DNA from: Eutreptiella sp. 'Long Island Sound 2002'
Taxonomy: Eukaryota > Protista > Euglenida
NCBI GenBank assembly: GCA_964036045.1
Contig: OZ038378.1
Span: 58,218,001-58,282,000, forward strand
DNA: 64,000 nucleotides
Direction of reading: 5' to 3'
Of this stretch, positions 23,001-34,720 are shown in pieces; the stretch's first letter is position 1; each line of letters begins with the position of its first letter. A program made the translations under genes and the position numbers. The notes under the pieces are model-generated. The model searched no databases. It was not told where the DNA came from and worked only from the letters and a program-made list of their open reading frames with translations.

Positions 23001-25825
23001 TGTCCCCGCGCTTTGCGGCGCTGGGGATACGCCATACGGTAGGGGCTATGAACCCACCAGGCCCATTTGTGGGCCATTTGGGATTCTGTCCTCCGCCCTG
23101 AAGCGTTGGGGACCCCCTAGACATAAGGGGTTATGTAGCCACCATGTGCACTTGTGGGCCACTCCTGTTTTTGTCTTTTGCTTTGAAGCGTTGTGGACCC
23201 CCCGGACGGCAGGTGTTGCATACCACCAAGCCCCTCTGTGGGCCCCTTCTGATTTTCACCCCCACTTTGAAGCGTTGGGGACCCCCTAGACGGCACGGTT
23301 TATATGGCCAATTGGCCCGATTGTAGGCCATTTCTTATTTTGTTTCCCGCTCCAAAGCGTTTGGGACCCTCGAGTCGGCAGGGTTTGTGTACCCGGCAGG
23401 CCCACCAATGGGCCACTTCTGATTTTGTTCCCCCGCCCGAAGTGTTGGGAACCCCTAGTTGGCAGGTGTTATGTAGCCACCATGCCCACTTGGGGGCCAG
23501 TGATGATTTTGTCTCCCGTGTTGAAGCGTTGGGTACCCCCCCATGAGGGCAGGGGTTATGGAGCCGCCGGGCCCACTTCTGGGCCACTGCTTAATTTATC
23601 CCCCGCTCGGGCGTTGGGGACCCCCGACACGGCCAGCGTCATGTTGCCACTAGGCCCCCCTGTGGGTCACGTCTAGTTTTGTCCTCCTGCTCTTGAGCAT
23701 TGGGGACCTCTCAAACAACAAGGGTGGCGTACCCAATGTGCCAACTTGAAGGCCCCTACCAAACCCCACCCCCCCGGTCCGAATTGTTGGGGAGCCCCCA
23801 TATGGCTGGGGTTATGTAGCCATCATGCTTAATTTTGGGTCATTTTTGATTTTGTCCCCACGCTTTGAGGCGTTGGAGATACGCCATATGGTAGGGGCTA
23901 TGAACCCACGAGGCCCATTTGTGGGCCATTTGTGATTTTGTCCTCCGCTCCGAAGCGTTGGGGACCCCCTAGACATAAGGGGTTATGTAGCCACCATGCG
24001 CACTTGTGGGCCACTCTTGTTTTTGTCTCTTGCTTTGAAGCGTTGTGGACCCCCCGGACGGCACGGGTTAGGTAACCACCAAGCGCACTTGTGGGCCCCT
24101 TCTGATTTTAACCTCACCTTTGAAGCGTTGAGGACCCCCCAGGCGGCATTGGGCCCGATTGTAGGCCATTTCTTGTTTTGTTCCCCGCTCCAAAGTGTTT
24201 GGGACCCTCCAGACCGCATGGTTTATGTACCCACCACGCCCACCAGTGGGCCACTTCTGATTTTGTCCCCCCGCCCCGAAGCGTTGGGGAACTCCTAGTT
24301 GAAAGGGGTTATATAGCCACCATGCCCACTTGGGGGCAAGTAATGAAATTGTCTCGTGTTTCGAAGCGTTGGGTACCCCCCCCCCACGAGGGCAGGGGTT
24401 ATGGAGCCACCGGGCCCACTTGTGGGCCACTGCTAATTTTGTTGCCCGCTCGGAAGCGTTGGGGACACCCTCCACAGCCGGGGTCATCTAGCCACTATGC
24501 CCCCTTGTGGGTCACTTCGAATTTTGTCCTCCTGCTTTTGAGCATTGGGGACCTCCCAAGCAGCGGGGTTGGCATACCCACCCTTCCAACGTGAAAGACC
24601 CTACGAATCCCCCCCCCCCCCGGTCTGAAGTGTTGGGGAGGCGCCATATGGCAGGGCTTATGTAGCGACCACTTGTGGGCCCATTCCGTGTTTGCCTCCC
24701 GCTCTCACGTTGGAGATCTCCCAAACGGCAGGGGCTATGTACCCACTAGGCCCATTTGTGGGCCATTTGTGATTTTGTTCCCTTACGTGAAGCTTTGGCG
24801 ACCCCTCGGGCATCAAGGGTTATCCAGCTACCGGGCCCACTTATGGCCCACTTTTGATTTTGTCCCCCAACTCTTAAGTGTTGGGGCACCCCCGACGGCC
24901 GGGGTTCCGGAGCCAATGCGCCAACTTGAAGGACGACAACGATCCCCCCCCCCCCCGCTTGGAAGTGATGGTGACCCCCCCCGGACAACGGGGGCTATGT
25001 ACCCATTGGCCCCACTTGTGGGCCTCTTGTGATTTTGTTCTCGCCCTGAGGCGTTGGGGACCCCCCACATGGCAGGGGTTATTTAGCCAGCCGGCCCACT
25101 TGTGGGCCGCCTCTTATTTTGTCCCCCCGCATTGAAGCGTTGTTATGTGGCCAATCCCCCCACTCGTGGGCCCCTTCTGATTCTGTCCCTTGCCTTGAAA
25201 CATTGGAGACCCCCCACACGGCAAGGGTTATGTAGCCACGAGGCCCACTTGTGTGACACTTCTGATTTCTCGCCCCCGCTTTGATGCGTTGGGGATCCCC
25301 CGGACGCTAGGCGTTATGTAGCCACCGCGCCCACTTTTGGGCCTATGTTGCCCCCCCCCCCCCCCGCATTCCGGACCCCTCAGGCGGTAGGGGTTATGTA
25401 GGTTATCATTTTGTGCCCTACCCTGAAGCGTTGGGGATCCCCAAGATGGCAAGGATTATGTGGCCAACAGACCCATTTGGGGGCCACTGCTGATTTTTCC
25501 CCCTGCTCCCCGCTCTGAAGCGCTGGGGCCCCTCAAATGGCATGGTTTATGTAGCCAGCAAGCCCACTTATGCCACTCCTGATTTTGTCTCCCACCTTGA
25601 AGCGTTGGGGACCCCCACACAAGGCGGGGGTTGTCTAGCCACCAAGCCCGCTTGTGGGCTACATCTGATTTTGTCCCCCGCTCAGAAGCGTTGGGGACCC
25701 CCTAGACGGCAAGGAGTATATAGCTAGCACGCCCACTTGTGGGCCACTTCTGATTTTTTCCCCCGCTCTCGAGTGTTGAGGACCCCCAAACAGACGGTAG
25801 GGGTCATGTAGCCAGCAGGCCCAAA
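20005..25825 (+). repeat. Sat85 block 5 (contains ~9-10-mer higher-order repeats)
   Basis: Marker ggggctatg.accca...cccatttgtgggccattt at 22271, 23042, 23894 and 24731. Confidence 0.95.
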
Positions 25826-26979
25826 CTTCATAGTTGTTCTCATAGTGCCGTGCCGATCATTGCACCGCTTCGTGATCAATTACGGCGCGTGGTTGAACTT
25901 TGTTGCCCTCTTGAGCCCCCCCTTCCCCCCCAGCACCCAAGTTGATCCTGCACTTTCGGGGATTGAGGAGATTTTTCACGCCACCCCACCCCACTCAAAG
26001 CCAAAGATGCCTCCTCCGAGCAAATTGCGGAAGGCCGGAGGCCAAGGCGCAACCTTCCATGGCCAATTCTGCCATAGAGGAGGGCACCCGTTCAAAAATC
26101 CTCATCCGTGGAGAGTGGTGCAAGGTGCCCAATGGCTACCCCAAAGATGCCCCCAGCCAGCTGGAGTGTGACCAGCGGTTCATCACTGAGCTGGCCAAGC
26201 ACTTGGTAGCTGAGTTGCGTGTGGCTTGTCAACTGAACACTAGCCTTGGTGCAAAGCCCAAGTCCAGCCACACAAAATCTGACTTTATCTACAGGCATAC
26301 ACTCTACAGCTACTTGTAGCGGGTGCATGTTGTGTAGCCTTTTCACTTCTGTATATTTTCCTCTGCCTTTTTGGTGCGGGGTATAAACATGCTATTTTGT
26401 TGGCCCCATCCCAGTGCCTTGGTAGCCTATAATGGTAGCACTAACATTGGCCATGGCCGTGTCAGGACTCTTTTCTTGAGCCAAATTTGATTTCCAGTGC
26501 CAATGAGACCATGTGTTACTGTCCTCTACTGGATGAGTCCCAATTTATTGGTAGCCACACAGGGTAACTGGTGCTTTGTGGAGTCCGCGTTAAAGTTGCT
26601 ATGGGTTGCTGTACGGAACCAGCACTTGTACATATTGCGCATGTGTTGTAAAAATTGCATTTTTTTAAAATTTTTCAATTGTTTTTCTCATTTACACGAC
26701 TTCCCATAAAAACAAAGATTACACGACTCTACCGCCAAAAAAAAAAGAAATTCAATCTTTTTTATCATTTACCGCAAAAATAGCTAGCTAGGTGCCGCAT
26801 ACATTCGACTTCCCATTCCTGCTTCAGTGCGCAACTCCAGTACAGAGGGCAGGGAGTGGACCCTTGGGGCAACAGTGCTAGGGGGAAGTCCGCCACTGTC
26901 GAACGAGGTCCCCTCCTCGCAAACCTGCATTCGCATTCATGGCTGAGACGGAGATGTGCCTAGTCATGCCATGATGCTT

Positions 26980-27370
26980 TTCCTGGGGCAGCCTGTGAGG
27001 CTTAACATCGGTCCCCACATCCAGATCCAAAACCAAGTCTACCCAGATCCACCCTCATCCACCTACACCCTCACATCCATCCACGTTCCCCAAACATCCA
27101 CTCACATCCACCCACCTTCACCGGCAGCTACCATCCTCTACTGACCACTAGTTATTTCTATCCACCTTTACCAGCACCCACACCTGCCCTACCCACACGT
27201 ACACTTCCACTCAGCTCCATCCACATCCACTGACACCCATGCACCTCCGCTTAAGTCCACCAATGGTGGTCACATCCAGCCCCATCCACCCATTGTTACC
27301 CATCTCCACCAGCCACCCTCACCTCCGTCCCTCCACATGCACCTGCTGGACCCGCCTGTGCCCATTTTCA
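26980..27370 (+). repeat. TCCAC/CA-rich tract at the 3' end of intron 1
   Basis: Dense catccac/ccacc motifs up to the acceptor; similar in composition to 144-345. Confidence 0.6.
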
Positions 27371-27374
27371 CTAG

Positions 27375-27476
27375 GTGTTGGCAAAGGAAGTTGGGGAGGA
27401 GAACGTGGACAAAGCCGTTGATGAGGGGAGTGGCTGGCGCGGCCGCGCGCAGCAGATCAGTCTGCTGAAGGCCAAG
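27375..27476 (+). CDS. CCDC13: CCDC13-like protein, exon B (34 codons)
   Basis: Acceptor ttttcactAG| and donor AAG|GTatga; 102 nt, phase 0/0. Encodes VLAKEVGEENVDKAVDEGSGWRGRAQQISLLKAK, which contains the WRGRAQQI motif characteristic of CCDC13. Not present in the ORF track (too short). Confidence 0.9.
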
Positions 27477-27699
27477 GTATGAAGATTGGTTCGCTGGGGC
27501 TCAATAGCCACGTATTGGTGCGGCAGTTGGGGTCCTGTGCCTGCTCCCAGCTGTGGTCCTCTACACTGACACGCTACCCCCAAGCCCCCAACCCTCTCTG
27601 TGGGGGTCATAAGCGATGGGGTCGCACAGCCAAGCTATACTGAAAATCACATGGCTGAGCCACAACACAATCACGCCCCCACACCGTGGTGAGGTACGT

Positions 27700-28440
27700 G
27701 CCCCTGCAACAGTTGCATAAATTGTACTGTCCCCAACTAATGCAAAATCTGACTGTCCCTAACAAATACAACTGCCCCCAAGAAACATACAAACACAATT
27801 CCAACAATAGAAATATACCAATACCTGTCCCTGGCAGATGCATATTTCTAAGGCTATGGTCTATCAAAATTATTTGTTCGGGGCAGTCCTATAATTTTTT
27901 TCGTTGAGGGCAGTTGCATCTGTTTATTCATTGGGGGCAGGTATAGTTTATGTTTGTTTGGGAGGGTCATTTTGCACAGTTGTGGGGCACGCTTATATTT
28001 TGCGCCGGCAGTCCTATTTGTATACATGTTGCATGCAAGCATAGTTTTGAGTCATATTTTTGATTTTGTTGGTGGCAGTCATTTTTTCTATATTTATCGG
28101 GGACAGCCATGGTTGTCAATATTCTAACCAAAATGGTGAAAATGGCCGTTTTCTTTGAGACAAAAAAACCATTTATAGCTCTATAGAACATCAAATGTGA
28201 CTATTACTGTATTGTGGTGTAGTGTAGTGTATTGTCCTTGACTACTATAGGTAGAAATGCAGTGTTTGGGAAGCAATGAGGTGGTTGTGGTCTTTAACAC
28301 ATATCACTGCCCCACCAAATATGCACATAACTGCCTCCAACAAATAAATACGTATGGCACCCATCAACTACAAAAACATAACTGTCACCAACAATATACA
28401 AACATGACTGTCCCCAATGAATGAAAAAACTGCCATCATT
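27700..28440. repeat. ~25-27 bp minisatellite (ACTG(C/T)CCCCAACAAATA..) in alternating orientations
   Basis: Plus clusters at 27720-27830 and 28300-28440, minus cluster at 27870-28110. Related clusters at ~29710-29870 and ~47220-47310. Confidence 0.55.
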
Positions 28441-28554
28441 AAATACACTCATTTCACCATTCCCACCAAATTACCTTGAAGAGAGTTTATCAGATGAAGC
28501 ACAGGTATGGGCGCCATATACCCCCTCTTTTGGGGGGTCACGAGCGGGGCATAC

Positions 28555-28974
28555 CAGGGGTGGATATAATAGTGACGACATTACCAGGGTGGGGGTGGGG
28601 GGGGGGGGCGTTGAGCCGGGAGGCAGTGATGACGGAATGACGATTACGATTTGCTCCTTTTCGCTTTACAGGTATGTGTGTTCGCAGAGTTGGATGAATC
28701 TGCAGCTGCATAAAGCACTGTGCACTGTAGTGTTTTGTGTCAGGGAGGGCACATTGGTGTAGTAGTACAATGGTGTATGCGCACTCTTGAGATTTAAGGG
28801 TCTTGGGTTCAAGCCCTGTTGGGCCCAAGAGCCTAGCGTCTTTTTTGGCCATCAGTCCTGTTGTCAAACTGCTAGCAAAACTGCCGTTCAGTCACACGGG
28901 TAAATTGTAATCGTAATCGTCATCTGGGGCGGGGGGGGCTGGGGGGCGACCCCCCCCAACTATATCCACCCCCG
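28555..28974. mobile_element. hAT-type MITE (420 bp) carrying a tRNA-like Pol III unit
   Basis: 8-bp TSD GGGCATAC at 28547-54 and 28975-82. TIRs caggggtggatata and reverse complement cgggggtggatata (13/14). The empty site is seen in the paralogous repeat at 50090-50155. Confidence 0.85.
28747..28846 (+). ncRNA. Degenerate tRNA-like / SINE-head sequence
   Basis: Acceptor-like GGGCACA/TGGGCCC (6/7), A-box tagtacaatgg, B-box ggttcaagccc (28806-16), T6 run at 28841-46. The anticodon loop is non-canonical. Confidence 0.45.
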
Positions 28975-31900
28975 GGGCATACCCCATGGGTGATATTGGA
29001 TGTGGAGCCCCTTTGAACATCGTGATTTTGGGAGACAATTCTCCCCCCCCAACTAATTTTTCGATTTTGACCCCTCTACCCCCTCCCCCTTCCCAGCTAC
29101 CACTTTTCTTGGGGTCCAAATGTTATTTGCGCGTTGACTTCTTTCTTGTACATGGATCCTCTAACCAATGGAGGGGGTATTGGGTCCAAAATGCTGGTAC
29201 CTACGGTAGGCCTTCGCCTGTGAGCACCCATCCGTTTTCGGGTTGGCATATCTCGGGTAATTTTTTTTTCGAAAAACTGAGTTTACAGAAAGTTGAGTTT
29301 TCTGAAACCCCACTTTCACCTATCGTCGGGATGATCACTTGGTGACAATGCGATATTGGAGCACCCGTGAGGACCCACATAGTGGCACCAGGCTCATAGG
29401 CCTAGACTCCCACTGAAAGCTCCGAAATTGTTGTCGGTTAGGTGGTTGAGTGGCATGTAAAACATTTTCAATACCTAATTTTTTCTGCATGCCGCCTATT
29501 GCCTTTAGGACCGCTGTGGGTGATCATTGGGTGTCAACACAGGTACTAGAGCGCCCACAAGCGCCCACATGGTGGCCATTGCACCCATGAAGCCCGAGCC
29601 GTGGGCTTCTTGAAAGCCCTGCGATTGCTGTTTAGGGGCACGTGAGAATTTTCCATTGGTTGTCGTCCTTTGGGGTGCCTTGCCAGAATGAGTATAATTT
29701 TCAGACATTCCTCTCCCCAACAAATATACAAAAAGAAGGGCCCCCAACAAATAAGCAAAAGCAACCGCCCCCAATCAATAAGAAAATGATATCCGCCCCC
29801 AGCACAGAAACACAGAAAATTGCCAATCATGAAACTACAACCGTCCCAAACAAATTCACATTTTAAATCGAAATGTGATAGCCAACCCCCCCCCCCCAGT
29901 GCCACATGGGCTTTTGGGTAGGGTTGGGGGGTAGTGAATTAAAAACAACATGTTGCATTGATTTCCGAGGTTTGGTGATGGGTATCAAGCTTCCCCAAGG
30001 CCAAAGACGGGAAAAAGGAGGGGACCACTGGTATTAGGATCCAAACCCTAGTGCTAGAAAGCGTGGTTTTTGCCCTAGAAATAGAGCACGCTACTCCTAT
30101 ATAACCCCATATGTTGTTAATAGGGAGTGTTTACCCCACCTTTCATGAGTCTTATGGTGTACCAAACCATCTTAAGGGTTGAGCACACTATTTGGGGTGT
30201 TTTTATTGTCATTTCCTTGCTTTGTGGTGTTGCAGTTATATTATGCCAATAGGGGTGTCATACCCTTTTTTTAGCCCTTCCTACCCCTTGATGGGCTTCA
30301 ACACCGTGCATCGAAATACCTTCCAGATGGTGGTTCTTTGAGTTCTCTTCCCTCCAAATATGGGGTGTGGTCCCTAATTGTCCCCCAAAATCCCCCCCAA
30401 TCACAAGGGAGTAGGTGGCACAAAGGCCATGCCCCTCCCTGAGAAATTTTCAACCTTCCATCTCCCCTACAAATACAAAGTACACCGTTTGGCAAAAATG
30501 AAGCGATGTGCCCCGCCCCCTATGTAAAGAGATAATCTTGGTCACCCCACAAGCCCCCTTGCAAATGACGTGTCGCTAATTGGGGTAATTTGGTCAGGAG
30601 ACATTGCTTCAAAATCGCAAATCAAGGTCCTCGTAATTTTCTCGTATGTCCGTGTCCTTGCGTTTGTGTGTGGGAGGGGGTCTGCAGACCATGTCGGAAA
30701 TGCAATGGTGTATAGGGTTTTGGTGGATGCAAATTTTTATGGCCAAGGGTTTTTCATTCCTGAAATGACAAAAAAGAGTGCACCTTATTTGCTACTCATC
30801 ATGCAATGGAAACCCAAGCTTAGGGTCAATCAAGTGTTAAGTCCGGAAATATGGTCAATTTTGATTGTGGGATTGCAGTTGCACCCTGAGGAGGGTACAC
30901 GCAAGATGGTTGCACGGTTGCCATGAAAACAACAACAAATTCAACAAGTTTCTTTTCCCTTCAGCAACCAACAAGCACCCTCACCAATGACCCATATCTC
31001 AGAAGCAGGCAAGCAAAACACATATGATGGATAGACAAGATATCACCGGCATTGCAAGTTTAGAGGGAGGATCACAAGATAGTGTGAAATTTTGCAGACT
31101 CCCATGGATTTATTATAAATTATACTGCCACTTTGGAAAAGGGGAAGCTTGCCGCACCGTAGTGGCACACCATGAGATTCCTACGTTTGCTGTTGATAGT
31201 GGCATTTGTATGTTTGTTGGAGATGGTCGGGGGGGGGGGGGGGTACTTAGGGGACAAGGGTATCAGTAGTGAGGTCACAGACAAAAAGTATGTGGGGAAT
31301 GTAAACAATTGCCACCAGCACCTAGCAATACTAAACAACATAACAATGCCAACGCCTTTGACCCTTGCAAATCCCATAGGACCTGTTACCTCATCCCTTT
31401 GAAACGGGCCGTACCGTGAATCAACATGACATTCTCGAGGTGGTAGACAATTGTGGCATCATAGTGCAAGCAAAAAGAGGGGCACGGGTCAAAGGGTATA
31501 TGGGAAAGGAAATACATGAGCCATTTCTTCTTATGCAAGACCTGAAGGCAATGTGCTAGGATGTTGGGGTTGGTGACAAAGGTGTGTGGTGGGTCTCATT
31601 GTATCACGATTGAATGTGTACTAAGCATGAGCTTTCGGATGTCTCATCGCCTCTCCCACAACGTTCATCTCACGGGTACAAAACCAACCCCAAAGATGTG
31701 TGTGTTGTGTGGGGGGCGTTGTACTTAAATGGATGGCCAATATAATCAAGATTTAGGGTTGGAACTTAAGTCTGGCGAAACTACGGACACTCGATTGCCG
31801 ATTGCAGCTGCCTTTGGCAAGGCATTTGCACACATTATTGGCTGTACACTGCCAATAGGTGCATAGCGCATGGTGCATGGTGCATATTGGCACAATTTTG

Positions 31901-33131
31901 GATATTTGATTTTTTTTGGGGGGGGTGACATGGTGCAACTCTGCGGGGTAATATTTAGCATTGGGTGTCATAATTAAGATAATGGTAATGTTTTTGCTTT
32001 AGCTTCAATTGTGTTACAAGATGTCCATTGGACTCCGCTTTGCTAGAATGCTATTCATCGCTCTCGTCATTTATGACATGTTACCTTGGGAGCGGCAGGA
32101 GAATATTGAAGCACTACATTTGGTTTCGGCTTCCTTGGTGTAACAATATATGCATTGCCTTTGGCTTTGGCGCGATCTCATTCTCTCTTCCTATATCTTG
32201 CGCAACATTGTCCTTTTTGCGTTTAGTCTTTGGGCCATGGTTGCTCATGTGCAAGACCACTAAGCAATGTTCAAAGATCATGAGTTGTACATCGTGTTGG
32301 TCTTTGCTTTGCTACAATCTTGTTGATTGTGGCGATTGTGGTATTTTGTTTGTTCCATTGCATTATCAAGTTCACCTTGGCATGATAATGTGTAAGGCCT
32401 ATGCCTAACTCAACATTTGTCACCATATATCAATTGGATTTCCCTTCACTAGGATATCATCCATAACTTCGCTTCTTTTTATGACCTTATACTACTTCAT
32501 ACAAATCTTTGATTGTGTTAGACACCCAAGCCGAATGCATACTTTAACACTTGTGTCGCATGTCATCGATTGCCGTAATTTAAACACCACCACCCCTATG
32601 CTAGGCTAACAGGTACCATGTAGCCCGAGATGAGTTCCGCCAATAGCAGTGGCGGCAGGGAGTCATTATGCACTCCGGGGCTGAAGGCCCAACCCCAAAG
32701 CTCGAAAGGTGTGACACCTCATCCGCTCAAAAAGGTGTAGAGTGTTGGAAACCCGTGTGATATGGGCTAGTAGGGGGGCCTAACCAAGGGAACGGTTGCC
32801 CCCACAGAGGGTCATGGCAAACTTTGCGCAGCCACACCTTGTTGGACAGCAAACCAAACACGTCCGTTGCACCTAACATCGGCCTCCCTCCCAATTTGTA
32901 CACACCTAGAATGTTGGACATGCACCACGCGTTTTGCAAGGCCGTGACACCCCTCGCAAGCATGGGGGACACTGGCAACATTAGTAACTATCAACAGGGA
33001 CAACATGTGGCACGGCCCCCCGTCTCCGCTCTTTGAATCATAGGGGGCAACCTCTCCCCACGGACGCCACGGTGCTAGCACCTATTGGCAGTGCAAAGCC
33101 CTCTGCCCCCTCCTCGGCTTTGAAGCCCATG

Positions 33132-33889
33132 CCCATACCGGCCAAATATGAATATTTTGCCAAAACATTTGATTCCAGAGTGTTTTTTTCTGGGCGCAAA
33201 AAAAACAAGAAACTCAAATGTTTTTTAAATACTTTTGCCGTTCAGGACACAGGATTTCGCAAAAAAAATAGGTTAAATAAATAATTCGGAGAGTGTAGGG
33301 TTGGTACTGTTTGTGAACAATCGTATAGGTACGATGCAAGGATCTTTGTTGCTTCCACCATCTGCCCCGACCCTTTCCGCCGACAGCAATGTTCTCTTTG
33401 CATTCTTTCTTCCCAACTTTACCCTCTGAGGAAGCCATTCGACGGCGGTAACAAGCTTTGGAGCGAGCCGATAGTGAGGGCTTTTGTCGCCAGTTGGTTT
33501 CACAGATTGTTAATTCTGTGGACGTTCTCGATGTTGTCCCCCTCCGGCGGCGGCCTGGTCGGCCACCTGGCACTTTCGATGTTGCCTTCTTTTCCCGACG
33601 CCTAGTTGACGGTATGTTGGAGATTGCAATTACCAGCAATGTGCAATCGACACGTACATTGAGGACACACTATCCAACGCAAAATGGTAGTCGGACAAAA
33701 ATGAAATGCAAAAAATAAATTTATTTAATGGGTAGAATACACAAGTCTTGGCTCGCAAATTCAAAATAATCGCAAATTTTTTTTTTTTGGCTTTTTAGTG
33801 GCAAAAACAAAATTTTTGCTAAATATTAATTGTTTTTTTTCCCACAAAATACTCGGAGTTTAAAAATATTCGCATTTGGCCGGTAGGGG
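33132..33889. mobile_element. MITE with 27-bp TIRs and CCC..GGG ends
   Basis: cccataccggccaaatatgaatatttt versus reverse complement cccctaccggccaaatgcgaatatttt (24/27). TSD not resolved. Confidence 0.65.
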
Positions 33890-33894
33890 GAGTA

Positions 33895-34720
33895 ACCTGC
33901 TCCGCTGGCGACCCCACAGGTTGCGACCACTAGCACAGGTGAACACTTCACCCTCTTGGTCCAACATCCCGCGTTGAGTTGGGGATAACCATCCCTTGCA
34001 AGCAACCCGAAGATTGCGACCACAGCTGCTGTGGGAGATTTTGTCTCCTTGGCCCATGATCACGCACTTGTTCCACAACAGCCATCCCTTGAAGAGGGCT
34101 CGCAGGTGGCGAACCCGTGCTGTGCGGAATATTTTCTCCCCGGGGGTAGTGATGTCGCACCTATTTGTGGACGACCACCCCTTGTAGGTTGTAGGCGCCC
34201 GCAGGTTGTGACCACCGGCGTTGTGCGACAGTTCATCCCCCGACCCATAGTACGGGGCCTATCGGGGATCACCACCCCTTGAAGCTGTGCAGCAGGTTGC
34301 GACCATCGCCGCTGTGCGACGCTTTGTCTCCTCTGCCCACGATCCAATGCCTACATGGGGACCACCACCGGCCACGAGCGCACAAAGGTTGCCGCCCCGA
34401 GGGCAGAAGGACACATTGTCCACCGAGCCCGTGATTTCATAACAATAGTCCGACACCTGTCCCACGCGCATGCTCCACAGGTTGCGACCACCGCCACGAA
34501 GGGACATTTTGTTCCACGCAACCCGTCATTCCGTGCCTATTTGGGAACAACCATACCCTTCAAGCAGCCTCACAGGTTGCGACCCCTAGCGCACTGGGTC
34601 ACTTCGTCACTTTGGCCCGTGATCCCACGCATCCTTTGCAACGCCCCACAAGTAGCGGCCATCAGTGGGGGTCCGCGCCCACCCCCAACACCACATTGCG
34701 GCCAAGAGCCACTCCACACA
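33895..34720 (+). repeat. ~94-bp tandem repeat, ~8-9 copies
   Basis: caggttgcgacc-like marker at 33917, 34010, 34103, 34202, 34293, 34385, 34478 and 34573. Confidence 0.85.

Noticed and set aside
642-25727. The many short ORFs with WWLHNPCRL, GPLLILS or AHLWATSDF peptides, and similar ORFs at 36.6-39 kb and 41.7-47.2 kb
   Set aside because: They are recurrent translations of satellite monomers in several frames on both strands.
708-25825. CRISPR array (palindromic repeats at regular spacing)
   Set aside because: The whole 85-bp unit repeats, so there are no unique spacers. No cas genes are present and the context is a eukaryotic intron.
30100-32600. Possible transposase or SWIM-finger remnant
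   Set aside because: Many stops in the frames I examined and no ordered motif set; left unannotated.
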